Below are positions 1 to 14,594 of a stretch of DNA of 64,000 nucleotides, piece after piece. Origin of the DNA: Anaeramoeba ignava BMAN (taxonomy: Eukaryota > Protista > Anaeramoebae). Position numbers and translations under genes: made by a program. Under the pieces are notes generated by a model, which was not told the DNA's origin, ran no database searches, and saw nothing but the letters and a program-made list of their open reading frames with translations. Numbering within the stretch: the stretch's first letter is position 1; the number at the start of each line of letters is the position of its first letter. The stretch spans positions 1-64,000 of the forward strand of contig JAPDFW010000006.1 of assembly GCA_028826165.1 (NCBI GenBank), written 5' to 3'.

Positions 1-3000
1 TTTACCTTTATGTATTAGTAAAACTTATTCATAAACTCTAATCCTTCTTCTAAGGTGATGTATGTCTAACTTTAAATCAATTTATTTCAATGGCCAGATG
101 AAAATATCTTAAATTCAAAATTTCTTTCTTCCATCATCAATCCTAAGGAAAATTTCATTCAATATCATATTTAAATAAAACGATAAATTATACTCATGTG
201 ACACTTAGGCATTTACAGTTAGATTGAAATAATGAATGTTTAACTAAAATATTCAAATATTAATCAATTTCATCTATTTTCTGTTTTCTAAATAGCTCTA
301 CAAATGAATAACATTTAAATCACTACTACGAATTAAGTAATTATTCAGAAATGATTGAGATCTCTTTTCTTTATCATTTGCACTCAATAGACATCATTTC
401 ATCTCAAAAGAATTCCAATCTTCAAGTCTGCAATTTCGTCTCCAAATTGTGATCTCTACTTTACAGGAAGAAATCACGATCATAAACTTTAATTCATTTA
501 TGTCCTTCTCGAAACGAGAAATTATCTGTCGTTTATTAATCCTATTAACTTGGATGAAGCTTGTTCTTATTCTGTAAAAGATATATTGAAGAAGTGTGCT
601 AACACAATTAAAACCCAGATTCATTTCCTCCAAAATGAATCAAGTATTGTGTGTATTGTAATTGGACTGATCAACAGGAGTGAAAGAATTAGCTTGGTAT
701 AGTATGTGAAAGCCTTTGTGATCATGCCTTTGAGGATCATCCTGCATGCCGTTCTCTGCTGTTTGGATATTACACGGCAAATTCTCATATTCTATCCTCC
801 ATTCCAGCACAAGGGCAAAAGGATAGAAATGATTTGATTAATAAAGAAAAGATCTATTATAAACTCTCTCATATTAAAAGTATTCATTTACACAGCTTGA
901 GTCATTTGGTTTTACGTACCATGGACATTACTTTGAGAAAATAGCAGAAATGAGACACCAAATCAAAAGACGTGCTAAAAGAAAGCTAGAGGAAGACAGC
1001 AGACAAACATGAAAGAAAGGAAAAGGAAGGAAAGTTAAATGGGAAAAGAAAATTAATATTGATGAGAGCAGTTGTGATGGTCGTAGGATAAACAACAAAT
1101 CAAGATCTAAGATAAAGATAAAATCAAAACATAAATCTAAAGCCATAAATCTAAATGCAATCAAAAGCGCAAATCTAAAGATAAATCGCAAAACCTATAA
1201 ATCTATATATATAACATATAAACACAAATCTAAACATAAATAAAACATAAGTCCAAAATCTAAACGCCAATCAAAACATAAGTCAAACATAAGTCAAAAC
1301 AGAGAGAGAAGGAATCCATGAACAGTATATACAAAAGTAAGCAACAAATATGCCTTAAATTTGGATCTCTTACATTTACAATCTGAAGCATAGATATCAA
1401 ATTATTATTTTAATAGCCAATAGCCAACTGAATCCTGGAATTTACAACTTGGGAGAGAGGAATCATTTTATCTTTGATTCAACCAATCATGTATCATTTT
1501 CCAAATTCTTTACTACTACTTTGATTCAGGAAATTTGATAAGTTAGATCAAACTAATCCATGGTAGTACTGACCATGAATGATTATTCACCCATATCTGC
1601 CTCACTGGTAGTTCAACGCGGTCATCGAAATAAGAATACAGGTGAGTCTTTAATATTAAACCACATCTTCTCTAGATAAATCAAGCTTATTCGACCAAAC
1701 CAAGTATATGTAAATGGAAGCAAGTTACATAGCAATGTGTGGATAGAAAGTACTTTCTGCATGTTTATTTAGTTTGAAGATGAGAATGCACCCTCAAATT
1801 GTTAATTTGTATATGGGTACTCGATGAAAGAGAATTTGGAATAAGAAGGTTGTAATCAACAACTCGTTGAGAAGAAGACCCAAATTTGAGAATCTCCAAA
1901 TTCATTAGTGAATCATTCTTGTTCCGGTTGAGGATTTAAATAAATATTAAAATCCTCAGAAATATTATAAAACATTTCTTATATAAGTACCTATCGTGTG
2001 CTTTTCATTTTATAAATGTATTCAAATAAAAAAAAACAGAAACAAAAAAAAAACAAAATAAAAACAGAAACAGAAATAGAAACAAAAACAAAAACAAAAT
2101 AGAAAAGAATCAAAATCAAAATCAAAATCAAAATCAAAAATCAAAATCAAATCAAATCTTAATAAAAAATCAAAATCAAATCGTAAAAATCAAAATCAAA
2201 ATTCAAAATCAAAATCAAAAAATCAAAATCAAAAAAAATCAAAATCAAAAATCAAAATCAAAATCAAATCAAAATCAAAATCAAAATCGTATTCAAAATC
2301 AAAAAAATCTAAATCTAAATCAAAATCAAAATAAAAATCAAAATCGTCAATTGTTCAAATCTAAAAAATCAAATAATTTATTTTTCCAATTTTTATCAGT
2401 TAATCCATCAAAATTAAATTATGAAATGAATTAAAAATTTTTGTAAAATTTGTTTCAAACTATAGAATAATAAACAAAAAAACAAAAACAAAAACAAAAA
2501 CAAAATCCAAGAAGACAAATACAATAAGACATATTTGCAAACAGAATTATTTGTAAATTTGGAACCCAAGTAAATATTCCATCAGGATTATATATGATTT
2601 TCTGAAAAAAAAATGGAATTTATATCAAGATTTATATCATTTAATGGTTAAATTGTTGAATTTATTTTATAAAAACAAAATGATTCCTTTTTTAAATATT
2701 TCATTCTTTAAAAGAAAAATTGGTTTGATTTCATCTGGCCAATGATTTTTATTCAAGTATTCAAATGAATTTGAACAAAATTCTTAAAATTTATTCAAAA
2801 TTTATTATTAATTTTACAAAAATCTGATCATATTGGAAAAAGAAAAAGAAAAGAAAAAGAAAAACGAAGAAAATTTTTGATTTTTTTTTGCTTTAAAATT
2901 TTTCATTTAAAATCAACTATATTTACTATCAATTTAATAGATACTATTCTCAAATATCTGAGATTTCACTTTAAAACAGAGAAATTCAATCATATATTGA

Positions 3001-3179
3001 TTTTGTTGTTATTTTAGTATCAATTGAAAAAGTTTTGAAGATTTAAAAATTGGGAAAGGAAATAATAGATTTGAAATACAACGCAAATAACTCGTAAATT
3101 ATCAAGCAAAATAGAAATGAAAACTCAAAAATAATAACAAGCTTTTTTTTTTTATTAAATTTTATTAAATTTTATTTCT

Positions 3180-3900
3180 TTTCCGGGAGCAATTTTTTTG
3201 CATATGACTAAAAGAAAAGGACCGAGAAACATTTTCAACTTTATTCATTTAACCAGAAAAGGATCCAATGAATTCCTTATTATTATTTATTGATTTCCCA
3301 GGAATATATTCAAAGAATTATGATTTTTAGTTCAATTTCAATTTTTGCAAATTATAAACAAATTCAATTTTTGCTTCCATCTTTAATATTCACAAGGGCA
3401 TTTTAGCATGTTTCCCAAATCGGAAACAGGAAAAAGACTTGAAAGGAAGAATGAAATTTCCGAATATTAATTAATTCTGGTAATCAGGAATTAGAGTTTG
3501 ATAACTGGATTGTTGATGAAATGGTGACTTGTGATGAAAATGATCCAAGATTGCCTTTGAAATATCCTATTATACTTCTGAAAAATCCAAGAAAAATGCC
3601 AATATTCAGGGAATCTTCTCGAGAAAGCAATCTTTCAAGCTGTAAACATGGGAAGAGATTATTGATTATTTTAGCAATGCTTTTGAAAAATTTGGAAATT
3701 TGGAATAAAAAATCGCACTTTTAAATTCCATTATTGATTTTTATGGGAAAGAAATTATCATTTTGAAAACAAACCTTGCATTTGGCTATTTCCAAACAAA
3801 ATTTTCAAACAAAAAGTTGATAAATTTTCGTGGATTGAAGGAAGGGAAATTGTAAATGAAATTTAATGGAAACAAAAATCAAGTTTTGAGTAAAATTTTT
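3180..3900 (+). pseudogene. Fragmented coding-like sequence (unpolished gene or pseudogene), product unknown
   Basis: Short protein-like pieces in alternating frames (WIVDEMVTCDENDPRLPLKYP; LLEKAIFQAVNMGRD; KVDKFSWIEGREIVNE), with no continuous ORF. Confidence 0.3.
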
Positions 3901-4233
3901 CAAATTTTGGAAGTTTTGAAACAAATTGAGAAACAAAAACCTTTTCATTATCTTTTATAATAAATCAACTTGTTTTTCTTCCTTATGAATTGTTTGTTAA
4001 CAAGAACCAAATTTTAGATTTGATTTAAATTTAGATTTAGATTTTTGAATTTTAAATCTTTAAATGAAGAATTTCCACAAATTGATAATTTAATACAAGA
4101 AAATAACAACAATGATAATGATAATGATAATTTAAATGAAATTAAAAAGAAGAAATAAATTTTTTTTTTGGAATGTCTTCGTTAAAAATTCTTTTTAATT
4201 TTTCTTTTCAATTTTCTAATTTTTCTTTTTAAA

Positions 4234-4704
4234 ATGGATTCAAATTTAGATTCAAATTTAGATTTTAATTTAAATGAAGAATTATTTGAATTATCAAAAA
4301 TTCAGAAAAAGCGAAAATTTTTAAAACAATAAGAGTTGAATCAAATTCAAAAAAAAATTTCAATTCCAACTTTAATAACAGGTCCAAAAGGAATTCGTTA
4401 TATTAAAAGAAATTTTCCAAATCAAATCAAACCAAAACTTGAAGGTGAAGGAAATGAAAAAGAGGATTTACAAATTTTTCTTAAATTTTATCAAGATTGG
4501 GCTTATGAATTAGCTCCAAATTTTGATTTCTATGATTTTTCAAAAACTATAATTCATTTTGGTCAAAGAATATCTGTTATTTCTGAAATGGAATCAATGG
4601 AATCAACTAAAATAGAGGAAGAACCAAAGAAATCTGAAAAGAAATCTGAAAAGAAATCTGAAAATCAATTTCAAAATCAATTTCAAAATCAATTTATCCA
4701 ATAA
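4234..4704 (+). CDS. TIPIN: TIPIN/Csm3/Swi3 replication fork protection protein (one in-frame TAA at 4330-4332)
   Basis: LITGPKGIRYIKRNF...LEGEGNEKEDLQIFLKFYQDWAYELAPNFDFYDF matches the Swi3/Csm3 domain pattern. ATG at 4234 (aaaATG) is in frame with ORF 4336-4704 apart from one TAA. Confidence 0.75.
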
Positions 4705-4951
4705 ATCCATTTCCAAATGAATTTATTTTTAAATATTTTTTTTCCAAAAAGTTGATTCAATTCAATTCAATATTTAATATTTAATTCAATTCAATTCAAT
4801 TCAAAATTCAATATTTAATTCAATATTTAATATTTAATATTCAATTCTATCCAATATTTAATTCAATTCAATATTTAAAATGCAAAATGCAAAATGCAAA
4901 ATGAAAAATTCAAATAAATTAAATCGATAATTTTTAATCTAATATAGTTTC

Positions 4952-7813
4952 TTATTGACTCTTCTCATGAAATTTAAACCAAATATGCTTTAAAGCATTT
5001 TCTGGAGTAATTCTTTTTTCAGGTTCCCATTCCAAACAAGAAGAAACAAAATGAAGAAAAAGAGAATTAGAAGGAAGATGGAGAATAGAACAAAGTTTTT
5101 TCGAAGAGGGTTTATGAAGTAATCCTCTTGAATTAGGGAAAATAATTGGAGAATAATCATCGTTAAAAAAATATTTGCTACGGGTTCCTTTTTGAATAAA
5201 TTCTTTTGAAGGAACACCAATTACTTGCATAATAAGAAGTAGTTGTTCTTGTTCTGATTCTCCTGGAAAAAGTGGTAAACCAGTAAAAAGTTCAACAAGT
5301 AAACATCCTAAAGACCAAATATCAATAGGAAGTCCATATTTCATCCCCAAAATAACTTCAGGAGAACGATAAAATCTGGATTGAATATAAGTGTAAATTG
5401 TGTTATTTTCAAAGCAACTACTTCCAAAATCAATCAATTTAATTTCATTATTTTTCATTTTTATCAATACATTTTCTGGTTTTATATCACAATGTATTAT
5501 TTTTCTTTTGAAAGAATATTCATTGATTTTAAAAGTTGATTTGCGACTTCTTTTACAAACTGAATATTTAATCCTCTAAAATGATTTTGTTTTAATAATA
5601 TCAAATAAATTTGGTCCAAGAAGTTCAAATACAATACATAAATGACCTCGAAAATTGAAAGAATGATAAATTTCAACAATGTTTTTGTTACTTCCTTTCC
5701 CACAAGATTTGATGTATTTTAATATCTCAATTTCAATTTTGCCTTGATTATATAATTTTTTTCTATTGCGAATAATTTTGATTGCAACTTGTGAATTATA
5801 AATTTTGTGATCCTTGCATAAAATAACTTGTCCAAATGCTCCTCTTCCAAGAATTTTCAAAATTTCATATCGATAAAAAATATGATCTCCAATTATACAT
5901 TTATAAAATCCCTTTGAATCATTGAAATTGTTTTCCATCTTCATTAATTTATTTCCCAAGAAATAAACCTTGCAGTATTGAATTATTTCATGTTTTTCAA
6001 ATTCTGTAAGTTGATTTAATATTTTTATATTTGGTTTTTGTTTACTTGTCAATATTGGTTTTCGAAATTTTGTTTGAATTTGAATTTGATTATGATTTTG
6101 ATTTTGATTTTGATTTTGAATTTGAATTTGAATTTGATTTTGATTATGAATTTGATTTAAATTTAAATTTAAATTTTGATTTTGATTTTGATTTTGATTT
6201 TGATTTTGATTTTGATTTTGATTTTGATTTTGGATTTGAATTTGAATTTGATTTTGATTTTGATTTTGATTTTGATTTTGATTATTTTCTTTTTTGGAAG
6301 GGATTATAAGATTAATTTTGTGAGCCACAATACAAGGATTATTTTTATTCAATTTATTTTGATTATTTTTATTTTGATTATTTTGATTAAATTCATTTTG
6401 ATTATTTTTATTCAATTTAATTTGATTATTTTGATTAAATTTATTTTGATTATTTTTATTTAATTCATTTTGATTATTTTTATTAAATTTAATTTGATTA
6501 TTTTTATTCAATTTATTTTGATTATTTTTATTTTGATTATTTTGATTAAATTCATTTTGATTATTTTTATTCAATTTATTTTGATTATTTGGATTTTGAT
6601 TAAATTGATTATTTGGATTGAATTTATTTTGATTATTTGGATTGAATTTATTTTGATTATTTTTATTGAATTTATTTTGATTATTTGGATTTTGATTAAA
6701 TTGATTATTTGGATTGAATTTATTTTGATTATTTTGATTCAATTTAATTTGATTATTTTTATTGAATTTATTTTGATTATTTTTATTCAATTTAATTTGA
6801 TTATTTGGATTCAATTTATTTTGATTATTTTTATTCAATTTAATTTGATTATTTTTATTCAATTTAATTTGATTATTTTTATTCAATTTATTTTGATTAT
6901 TTTTATTTAATTTAATTTGATTATTTTGATTGAATTTAATTTGATTATTTTGATTATTTTGATTATTTGGATTAAATTTAATTTGATTATTTTTATTCAA
7001 TTTATTTTGATTATTTTGATTAAATTTAATTTGATTATTTTGATTATTTTTATTTTGATTATTTTTATTCAATTTAATTTGATTATTTTTATTTAATTTA
7101 TTTTGATTATTTTTATTCAATTTAATTTGATTATTTTTATTTAATTTAATTTGATTATTTTGATTATTTTGATTATTTGGATTAAATTTAATTTGATTAT
7201 TTTGATTATTTGGATTCAATTCATTTTGATTATTTTTATTCAATTTAAATTGATTATTTGGATTATTTTTATTCAATTTAATTTGATTATTTTTATTTTG
7301 ATTATTTTTATTCAATTTAATTTGATTATTTTTATTTAATTTAATTTGATTATTTGGATTAAATTTATTTTGATTATTTTGATTATTTTTATTCAATTTA
7401 ATTTGATTATTTTTATTTAATTTATTTTGATTATTTTGATTGAATTTAATTTGATTATTTTTATTTAATTCATTTTGATTATTTGAATTATTTTGATTTA
7501 TTTTAACTTTAAACCGAGGTTGATAAATTCTACAAATCCTTGAAAAAGTTGTTTTGTTTTGAGGTTCAAATTTGTTTTTGATTTGATTTTCTTCTAAATT
7601 TTGTTTTTTATCTAAATTATTTTCTTGATTTATAATTGTTTTCTTGATTTTTTGAGAGAAAACTTTCTTATTTTTATTATCAAATGGATTAATGTTTTTT
7701 TTTGAGAATTTTGGAAATTTATTTTCAATTAAATTTTGATTTATTTTGTTTTTCTTTTTCAAATTTTCTTGATTTATTTCTTGATTCATTTCTTGAAAAT
7801 ATTTTTTTGACAT
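4952..7813 (-). CDS. DYRK2: Class II DYRK (DYRK2-like) dual-specificity kinase with a long N/Q-rich N-terminus; two compensating 1-nt frameshifts in A-runs near 5590 and 5500
   Basis: NAPA-like LTEFEKHEIIQYCKVYFLG, DH box (DSKGFYKCIIGDHIFYRYE), GRGAFGQV, VAIK, HCDIKPEN after frame repair, DFGSSC, and YTYIQSRFYRSPE activation loop. Joins ORFs 5576-7813, 5497-5703 and 4952-5467. Confidence 0.9.
6340..7490 (-). repeat. Coding minisatellite of ~24 nt (NKNNQIKL/NQNNQNKF variants) in the DYRK N-terminus
   Basis: Tandem degenerate copies of tttgattatttttattcaatttaa and variants. Confidence 0.9.
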
Positions 7814-8007
7814 TTAAAAAAGAAAAATTTGGAATAAAAAATGAAAACAAAGAAAACAAAAAATTTTGATCAAAAAACAAACAAACAAAAAACAAAACAA
7901 AACAAAAAACAAAACAAAACAAAAAACAAATCTTTTCAAAGTCGAATGTAAAAAAGCTAATTTTAAAACAAAAAAAAAACAAGAAGAGATTTTGACGTTT
8001 TTATTAT

Positions 8008-10218
8008 TTAAAGTTTTCTGGCTAAAATTAAGTATTGTAAATATAAAGAAGGAAAGAAAACAAAAGAAGAGACAATAGAAGTATAAATATGAAAAATTCC
8101 TTTTATTCTAAGATATAAAATTAAGGAGAACAATCCAAAAGCAATTCCAACAGAACAAGAAATGATAAAAACTAAATAATCTGTGCGAGAAAAATATGAA
8201 GAATGGCGAATAATACAAACAAAAATTGTACCAATTATCGGATAAATTGATAGAAATATAAGTGGAATAAATACTCCTTTATATGATGGGTTTTCTGTTT
8301 GTGATTCATAAATTGAAAATGCTTTAATAATTGAAATAAAAACAAGCAAAAGTCCAGCCATTACATAAAAAACAAATAATACGAAAATATGTATGTCTCT
8401 TTCGAAAATATCTAAAATTCAAATTAAATATTAAAATAAATATTTAAAATAAATATTAAAATTAAATATTTAAATAAATTTTAAAATAATTAAAATAAAT
8501 ATTAAAATAAAATTTAAATTAAATATTAAATAAATATTAAAATAAATATTAAAATAAATATTAAATTAAATATTAAAATTAAATATTTAAATAAAATTTA
8601 AAATAAATATTAAATAAATTTAAAATTAAATATTAAATAAATTTAAAATTAAATATTAAATTAAATATTAAAATAAATATTAAAATAAATATTAAAATAA
8701 ATATTAAATTAAATATTTAATTTTTCTTTATTTCCTTACTTGGTTCATTGTATAAAAATATTGACCATAAAATTATTAAAGTAAATGTAGCCAATCCAAA
8801 AGGGCTTAATATCCACCATTTTGAAATTGAGAAATTTTGATCCAATTTCAATGAAATAAAAAGAAAAAATAAAGTTAAAAATCCTGAACAAGTAATTATT
8901 CCTTGTAAAAGATATTTTTCAGTATTTCTTGAATAACTTGTATAATATTCCATTGAACTCCAAACAAAAAACAAAAGAGAAGAATAAAGCCAAGGAAAAA
9001 GCAAAATTTCCAATTAAAAATAGAATATGAAACATCAAATTTAAGAGCAAAAATAAAGAAGGTAATACTAATAGTGATAAAACAAGAGTTTTCTCAATTA
9101 ATTTAATAGCATAATCGTCTTTTAATTGTTCTTATTTGTCTTTTTGAATTCTTCTGCTTTTTGTTGACGAAGATAATTTTTGTGCTTGAATATATTTCTT
9201 CATTTGATCAACAACAAGTTTTTGGTTCTTTATTAATTTTATCAATAGTTCTTTTGAAATTGAAGTTGAAATATTTGAATTTGGATGATAATTTTCATCT
9301 TTTTCAATACTTCGAAAATGTTCTTGGATTCCTAAAGTTCCTGATATTTTGAAGTTGGTTGTTGTATATGGAGAATAATAATAATAACCACTTTGATAAT
9401 CCTTTGTTACTGTTTGAAAATCTAATTCGGATCCATGATTCCTTATTATATTTTTCCAAAGTTGCCAATCATCATGAATACGATTAAAGTTTCTGCATGT
9501 AAAAGCACAATTTATTAAATTTTTGGGTAAAAGGTATGAAAAAATTTCTAGAACAACTTTTTTTATTTTAATTTTAATTTTAATTTTAATTTTAATTTTA
9601 ATTTTAATTTTAATTTCAATTTTAATTTTTGATTTTAATTATAATTTCAATTTTAATTTTAATATTAATTTTAATATCAATTTTAATATTAATTTGGATT
9701 TTAATTTTAATTTCAAATTTTAATTTTAATTTTAATTTTAAATTTTAATTTTAAATTTTAATTTTAATTTTGATTTTAATTTTAATTTTAATTTTAATTT
9801 TAATTTTAATTTTAATATTAATATTAATTTTAATATTAATTTTAATATTAATTTTAATTTTAATTTTAATTTTTAATTTTTAATTTTAATTTTAATTTTA
9901 ATTTTAATTTTAATTTTAATTTTAATTTTAATTTTAATTTTAATTTTAATTTTAATTTTAATTTTAATTTTTAATTTTAATTTTAATTTTAATTATAATT
10001 TTTAATTTTAATTTTAATTTTAATTTAGATTTTAATTTTAATCTACTTTCATCAGGAAGTTCTTCAAATAAATTTTCATTTACAAATTCTTGTTGTCTTT
10101 TTTGATTAAAATTTTGATTTTGATTGTTTTGTTGTTGAGATTTTGAAGCATTTAAAAGATCAAATTTTGAAAAGAAAAAAACTCTTTTTAATTCATCTTC
10201 ATTAATATCTCTTGTCAT
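8008..10218 (-). CDS. F-box protein with a C-terminal multi-pass (TMEM185/TMEM203-like) membrane region; 3 exons, with frame errors near 9000-9180
   Basis: Exons 10218-10047, 9556-8740 and 8411-8008 (GT-AG). Splicing gives LFEELPDE|IVLEIFSYLLPKNLINCAFTCRNFNRIHDDWQLWK (F-box). Downstream hydrophobic helices carry ISLKLDQNFSISKWWILSPF and SYKGVFIPL. Confidence 0.65.
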
Positions 10219-10511
10219 GTAATTTAATTTTAAATTTAATTTTAATTCAATTTATAATGGAAAATGAAAAGAAGAATAAAAGGGAAAAATGAAAAAAATG
10301 AAAAAGAAAAAAAACGTTTTTTTTTATTCTTTTATTTAAAAAAAAAAATATTGAAATAATCTTTTAGAAAAATGAATCATTTTTTTATTTTTTATTTATT
10401 TAAAAAAAATTTTTTTTATTTTTTTTTTTTCATTTTTTTTTCTTTTTCCTTTTAAAATAGATAAAATTGAATATAAAACATTTACATTTACATTTAAAAT
10501 AGAAATTAAAA

Positions 10512-13500
10512 ATGGGAAGAAGAAAACAGAAAAAACCAGTTATTGAATCAAAATATCTTACAAGAGGACAAGCACTTAGAAAATTACAATTATCTTTAAC
10601 AGAATTTCGGTATTAAATTATTTAGAAAATTATATATAAAATTATTTATAAAATTAAATATAAAATTAAATATAAAATTAAATATAAAATTATATATAAA
10701 ATTATTTATAAAATTATTAATAAAATTAAATATAAAATTATTTATTAAATTATATATAAAATTAATTATAAAATTAATTATAAAATTAAATATAAAATTA
10801 TTAATAAAATTAAATATAAAATTAATTATTAAATTAAATATAAAATTATTTATTAAATTATTTATTAAATTAATTATAAAATTATTTATAAAATTATTTA
10901 CAAAATTAAATATAAAATTATTTATAAAATTATTTTATATAATTATTTATAAAATTATTTATAAAATTATTTATAAAATTATTTATAAAATTAATTATAA
11001 AATTATTTATGAAATTATTATTAAAATTATTTATAAAATTATTTATAAAATTAATTATAAAATTATTTATAAAATTATTTTATAAAATTAAATATAAAAT
11101 TATATATAAAATTATTTATAAAATTATTTATAAAATTAAATATAAAATTATTTATAATATTAATTATAAAATTAATTATAAAATTAAATATAAAATTATT
11201 TATAAAATTATTAATAAAATTATTTATAAAATTATTTATAAAATTATTTATAAAATTATTTATAAAATTATTTATAAAATTATTTATAAAATTATTTATT
11301 AAATTATTTATAAAATTATTTATAAAATTAAATATAAAATTAATTATAAAATTAATTATAAAATTAATTATAAAATTAATTATAAAATTAATTATAAAAT
11401 TATTTATAAAATTAATTATAAAATTATTTATAAAATTATTTATAAAATTATTTATAAAATTAAATATAAAATTAATTATAAAATTATTTATAAAATTATT
11501 TATAAAATTAATTATAAAATTATTTATAAAATTATTTATAAAATTAAATATAAAATTAATTATAAAATTATTTATAAAATTAATTATAAAATTATATATA
11601 AAATTATTTTATAAAATTATTAATAAAATTATTTATAAAATTATTAATAAAATTATTTTATAAAATTATTTATAAAATTAAATATAAAATTATTAATAAA
11701 ATTAAATATAAAATTAATTATAAAATTATTTATAAATTTAAATATAAAATTAAATATAAAATTATTAATAAAAATTATTTATAAAATTAATTATAAATTT
11801 ATTTATGAAATTATTTATAAAATTATTAATAAAATTATATATAAAATTAAATATAAAATTATTTTATAAAATTAAATATAAAATTAAATATAAAATTAAA
11901 TATAAAATTATATATAAAATTAAATATAAAATTAAATATAAAATTATTAATAAAAATTATTTATAAAATTATATATAAAATTAAATATAAAATTATTTAT
12001 AAAATTATTTATAAAATTAAATATAAAAATTATTTATAAAATTATTTATAAAATTATTTATAAAATTATTTATAAAATTATTTATAAAATTATTTATAAA
12101 ATTAATTATAAAATTAAATATAAAATTAATTATAAAATTATTTATAAAATTATTTATAAAATTATTAATAAAATTATTTATAAAATTAAATATAAAATTA
12201 ATTATAAAATTATTTTATAAATTAAATATAAAATTATTTATAAAATTAAATATAAAATTATTTATAAAATTATTTATAAAATTAAATATAAAATTATTTA
12301 TAAAATTATTTATAAAATTAAATATAAAAATTATTTATAAAATTATTTATAAAATTATTTATAAAATTAATTATAAAATTATTTATAAATTAAATATAAA
12401 ATTAATTATAAAATTATTTATAAAATTATTTATAAAATTATTTATAAAATTATTTATAAAATTAAATATAAAATTAAATATAAAATTAAATATAAAATTA
12501 TTTATAAAATTATTAATAAAATTATTTATAAAATTATTTATAAATTAAATTATAAAATTAATTATAAAATTATTTATAAAATTATTTATAAAATTATTTA
12601 TAAAATTAAATATAAAATTATTTATAAAATTATTTATAAAATTAAATATAAAATTATTTATAAAATTATTAGTCGATTATGCATATTAAAAGGAATATTC
12701 CCAAGACAACCAAAGAAAAAAGGATCAGGAAAAGTTTATTATAGTATTAAAGATATCAAATTTTTATCGCACGAACCAATCATTAAAAAATTTCGAGAAT
12801 TCAACAGTTTTTACAAGAAAATTAAAAAAGCAATTGGAAAAAAAGAATTTCAAAAAATTAAATCGATGGAATCTAATTTACCAACATACACATTGCATCA
12901 CATTGTAAAGGAAAGATATCCAACATTCATTGACGCACTTCGTGATTTAGACGATTGCATAACATTGATTTCGTTATTCGCAATTCTTCCATCTAGTTCA
13001 ATGGTTCCAGCAAATCGAACACAAAACTGTCAAAAACTTTATTGCGAATTTTTGAATTATATCATCAAAACACATTCTTTAAGAAAAGTCTTTGTATCAA
13101 TCAAAGGCATCTATTTTCAAGTGGAAATTAAAAGCCAATTAATAACTTGGATTACTCCTCATCAATTTACTCAACATCCTCCTAAAAATATTGATTTTAG
13201 AGTAATGCTTACTTTTTTGGAACTTTATGAAGCCATTTTAAAATTTGTGAATCATGAACTATTTTATTCAATTAATCTTCGATATCCTCCTGAATTCGAT
13301 CAAGAAAAACTTTCAAATGGAGATCTTTTAGGAGCATTAATTCTTTTAAATGAAAATGAAAATGAAAATGAAAATGAAAATCAAAATGAAAATCAAATTG
13401 AAAATGAAAATGAAAATGAAAATCAAATTGAAAATCAAAAATTAATGAGAGAAAGAATTAAAACTCTTGAACAAAAATTAATCTCAGTCGAAAAAAATGA

Positions 13501-14594
13501 AGCGATAAATGTACAAAATGAAGAGAAAAATCAAAAAGAAAATCAAGGTTTAGATCAAGAAGTTGAACAAAATTTTTTCCAAAAAATGGAAGAAGATGAA
13601 GATGAATCAACAAGAAAGCAATATAAACAAGCACAAAAACAAAGAAGCAGAAAAGTTATTTATGGGAATTTATTTGAAGGAAAAATTTTTTATTTGAATA
13701 GAGAAGTAATTTTTTTTTTTAAAAAAAAAAAGAAAAAGAGGAAAGTTATGGAAAAATAATTCATTTGTTTTATTTCTTTGAAATTAACAAAAGGTTCCAA
13801 GACTTCCGCTTGAATTTGTTATCAGAAGTTTTGGTGGTAAAGTTGGTTGGCAAGGAGAAGGAAGTGAATTTGGGGAAAATGATGAAAAAATAACACATCA
13901 AATTGTGGATCGTAAAAGAATTGATAGAAGATTCATTTCAAGAGCTTATATCCAACCACAATGGGCTTTTGATAGTGTTAATGAGCTCATCTTACTTCCT
14001 GTTGAGGATTATGCTCCAGAAGTAAAGCCTCCTCACCATTTATCTCCTTTTGTTAAAGATCATATTGTCGGTTATATTCCAAAAAGAAGAGAAGAACTAA
14101 TTTCATTAAAATCATTTAGAAATTCATCCAAAAAAAAAAAATCAAATCTTAAAAATCAAAATCAAAATCAAAATCAAAATCAAAATCAAAATCAAGAAGA
14201 ACTTGAAAAAAATTACGCTCAAGAATTAGAAAATGAATTCAAAGGAATTACTTATTCTCAACTTGAAGAACAAAAAAAGAACAAAACAAACTTTCAAGAA
14301 GTTGAAATTGAAGGAAATGAAAAATCAATTTTATCTAAAACTCAATTAGAAAATCAAATCCGAAATAAACAACCAAAAAAAACATCTGTTTTTGATCAAA
14401 ATGATGAGAAAACTCAATTAGCTAAAGCTGTTATGACAAGAAAACAAAGAATTGCTTTTAATAAAGCTCAAAGAATATCTTCAAAAAAACAAAATTCTAT
14501 TGATAGATTAATTAATAAAAGAGTTGCTTTTGAAATTGAAAATCAAGATGAAGAAGATATAAAGAAAAGAAAAACCAAATCAAAACAAAAATAA
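10512..14594 (+). CDS. PES1: Pescadillo/Nop7 ribosome biogenesis factor (BRCT domain); 3 exons
   Basis: Exons 10512-10609, 12673-13705 and 13794-14594. YLTRGQALRKLQLSLTEFR|RLCILKGIFPR, IVKERYPTFIDALRDLDD, YIQPQWAFDSVN, PPHHLSPF. Confidence 0.96.
10612..12670 (+). repeat. 12-nt satellite (TATAAAATTATT and variants) filling Pescadillo intron 1 (10610-12672)
   Basis: Continuous tandem array between the GT donor at 10610 and the AG acceptor at 12671-12672. Confidence 0.95.

Noticed and set aside
1929-1958. Inverted repeat TGAGGATTT...AAATCCTCA
   Set aside because: Only a 9-bp stem in AT-rich, low-quality sequence, with no supporting context.
1-2020. Higher-complexity segment that could be a mobile element or DNA using TAA/TAG as Gln
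   Set aside because: Frames on both strands read equally well when stops are ignored, and there are no transposase or RT motifs or terminal repeats. 1090-1300 looks like a noisy (AAAATC)n tract, and frame errors continue to ~10 kb, so unpolished sequence near a contig end is more likely.
5490-5600. Euplotes-type programmed +1 frameshift at AAA-TAA in DYRK
   Set aside because: The shift needed at AAA-TAA is -1, and it cancels an opposite shift in another A-run 90 nt away, which is typical of homopolymer errors.
6031-7339. Plus-strand ORFs rich in IL/DF/IF (and similar ORFs at 18677-19228, 20514-22499, 27832-28270, 42033-42545, 52391-53087, 55465-55987)
   Set aside because: Shadow translations of microsatellites or of the antisense strand of N/Q-rich genes.
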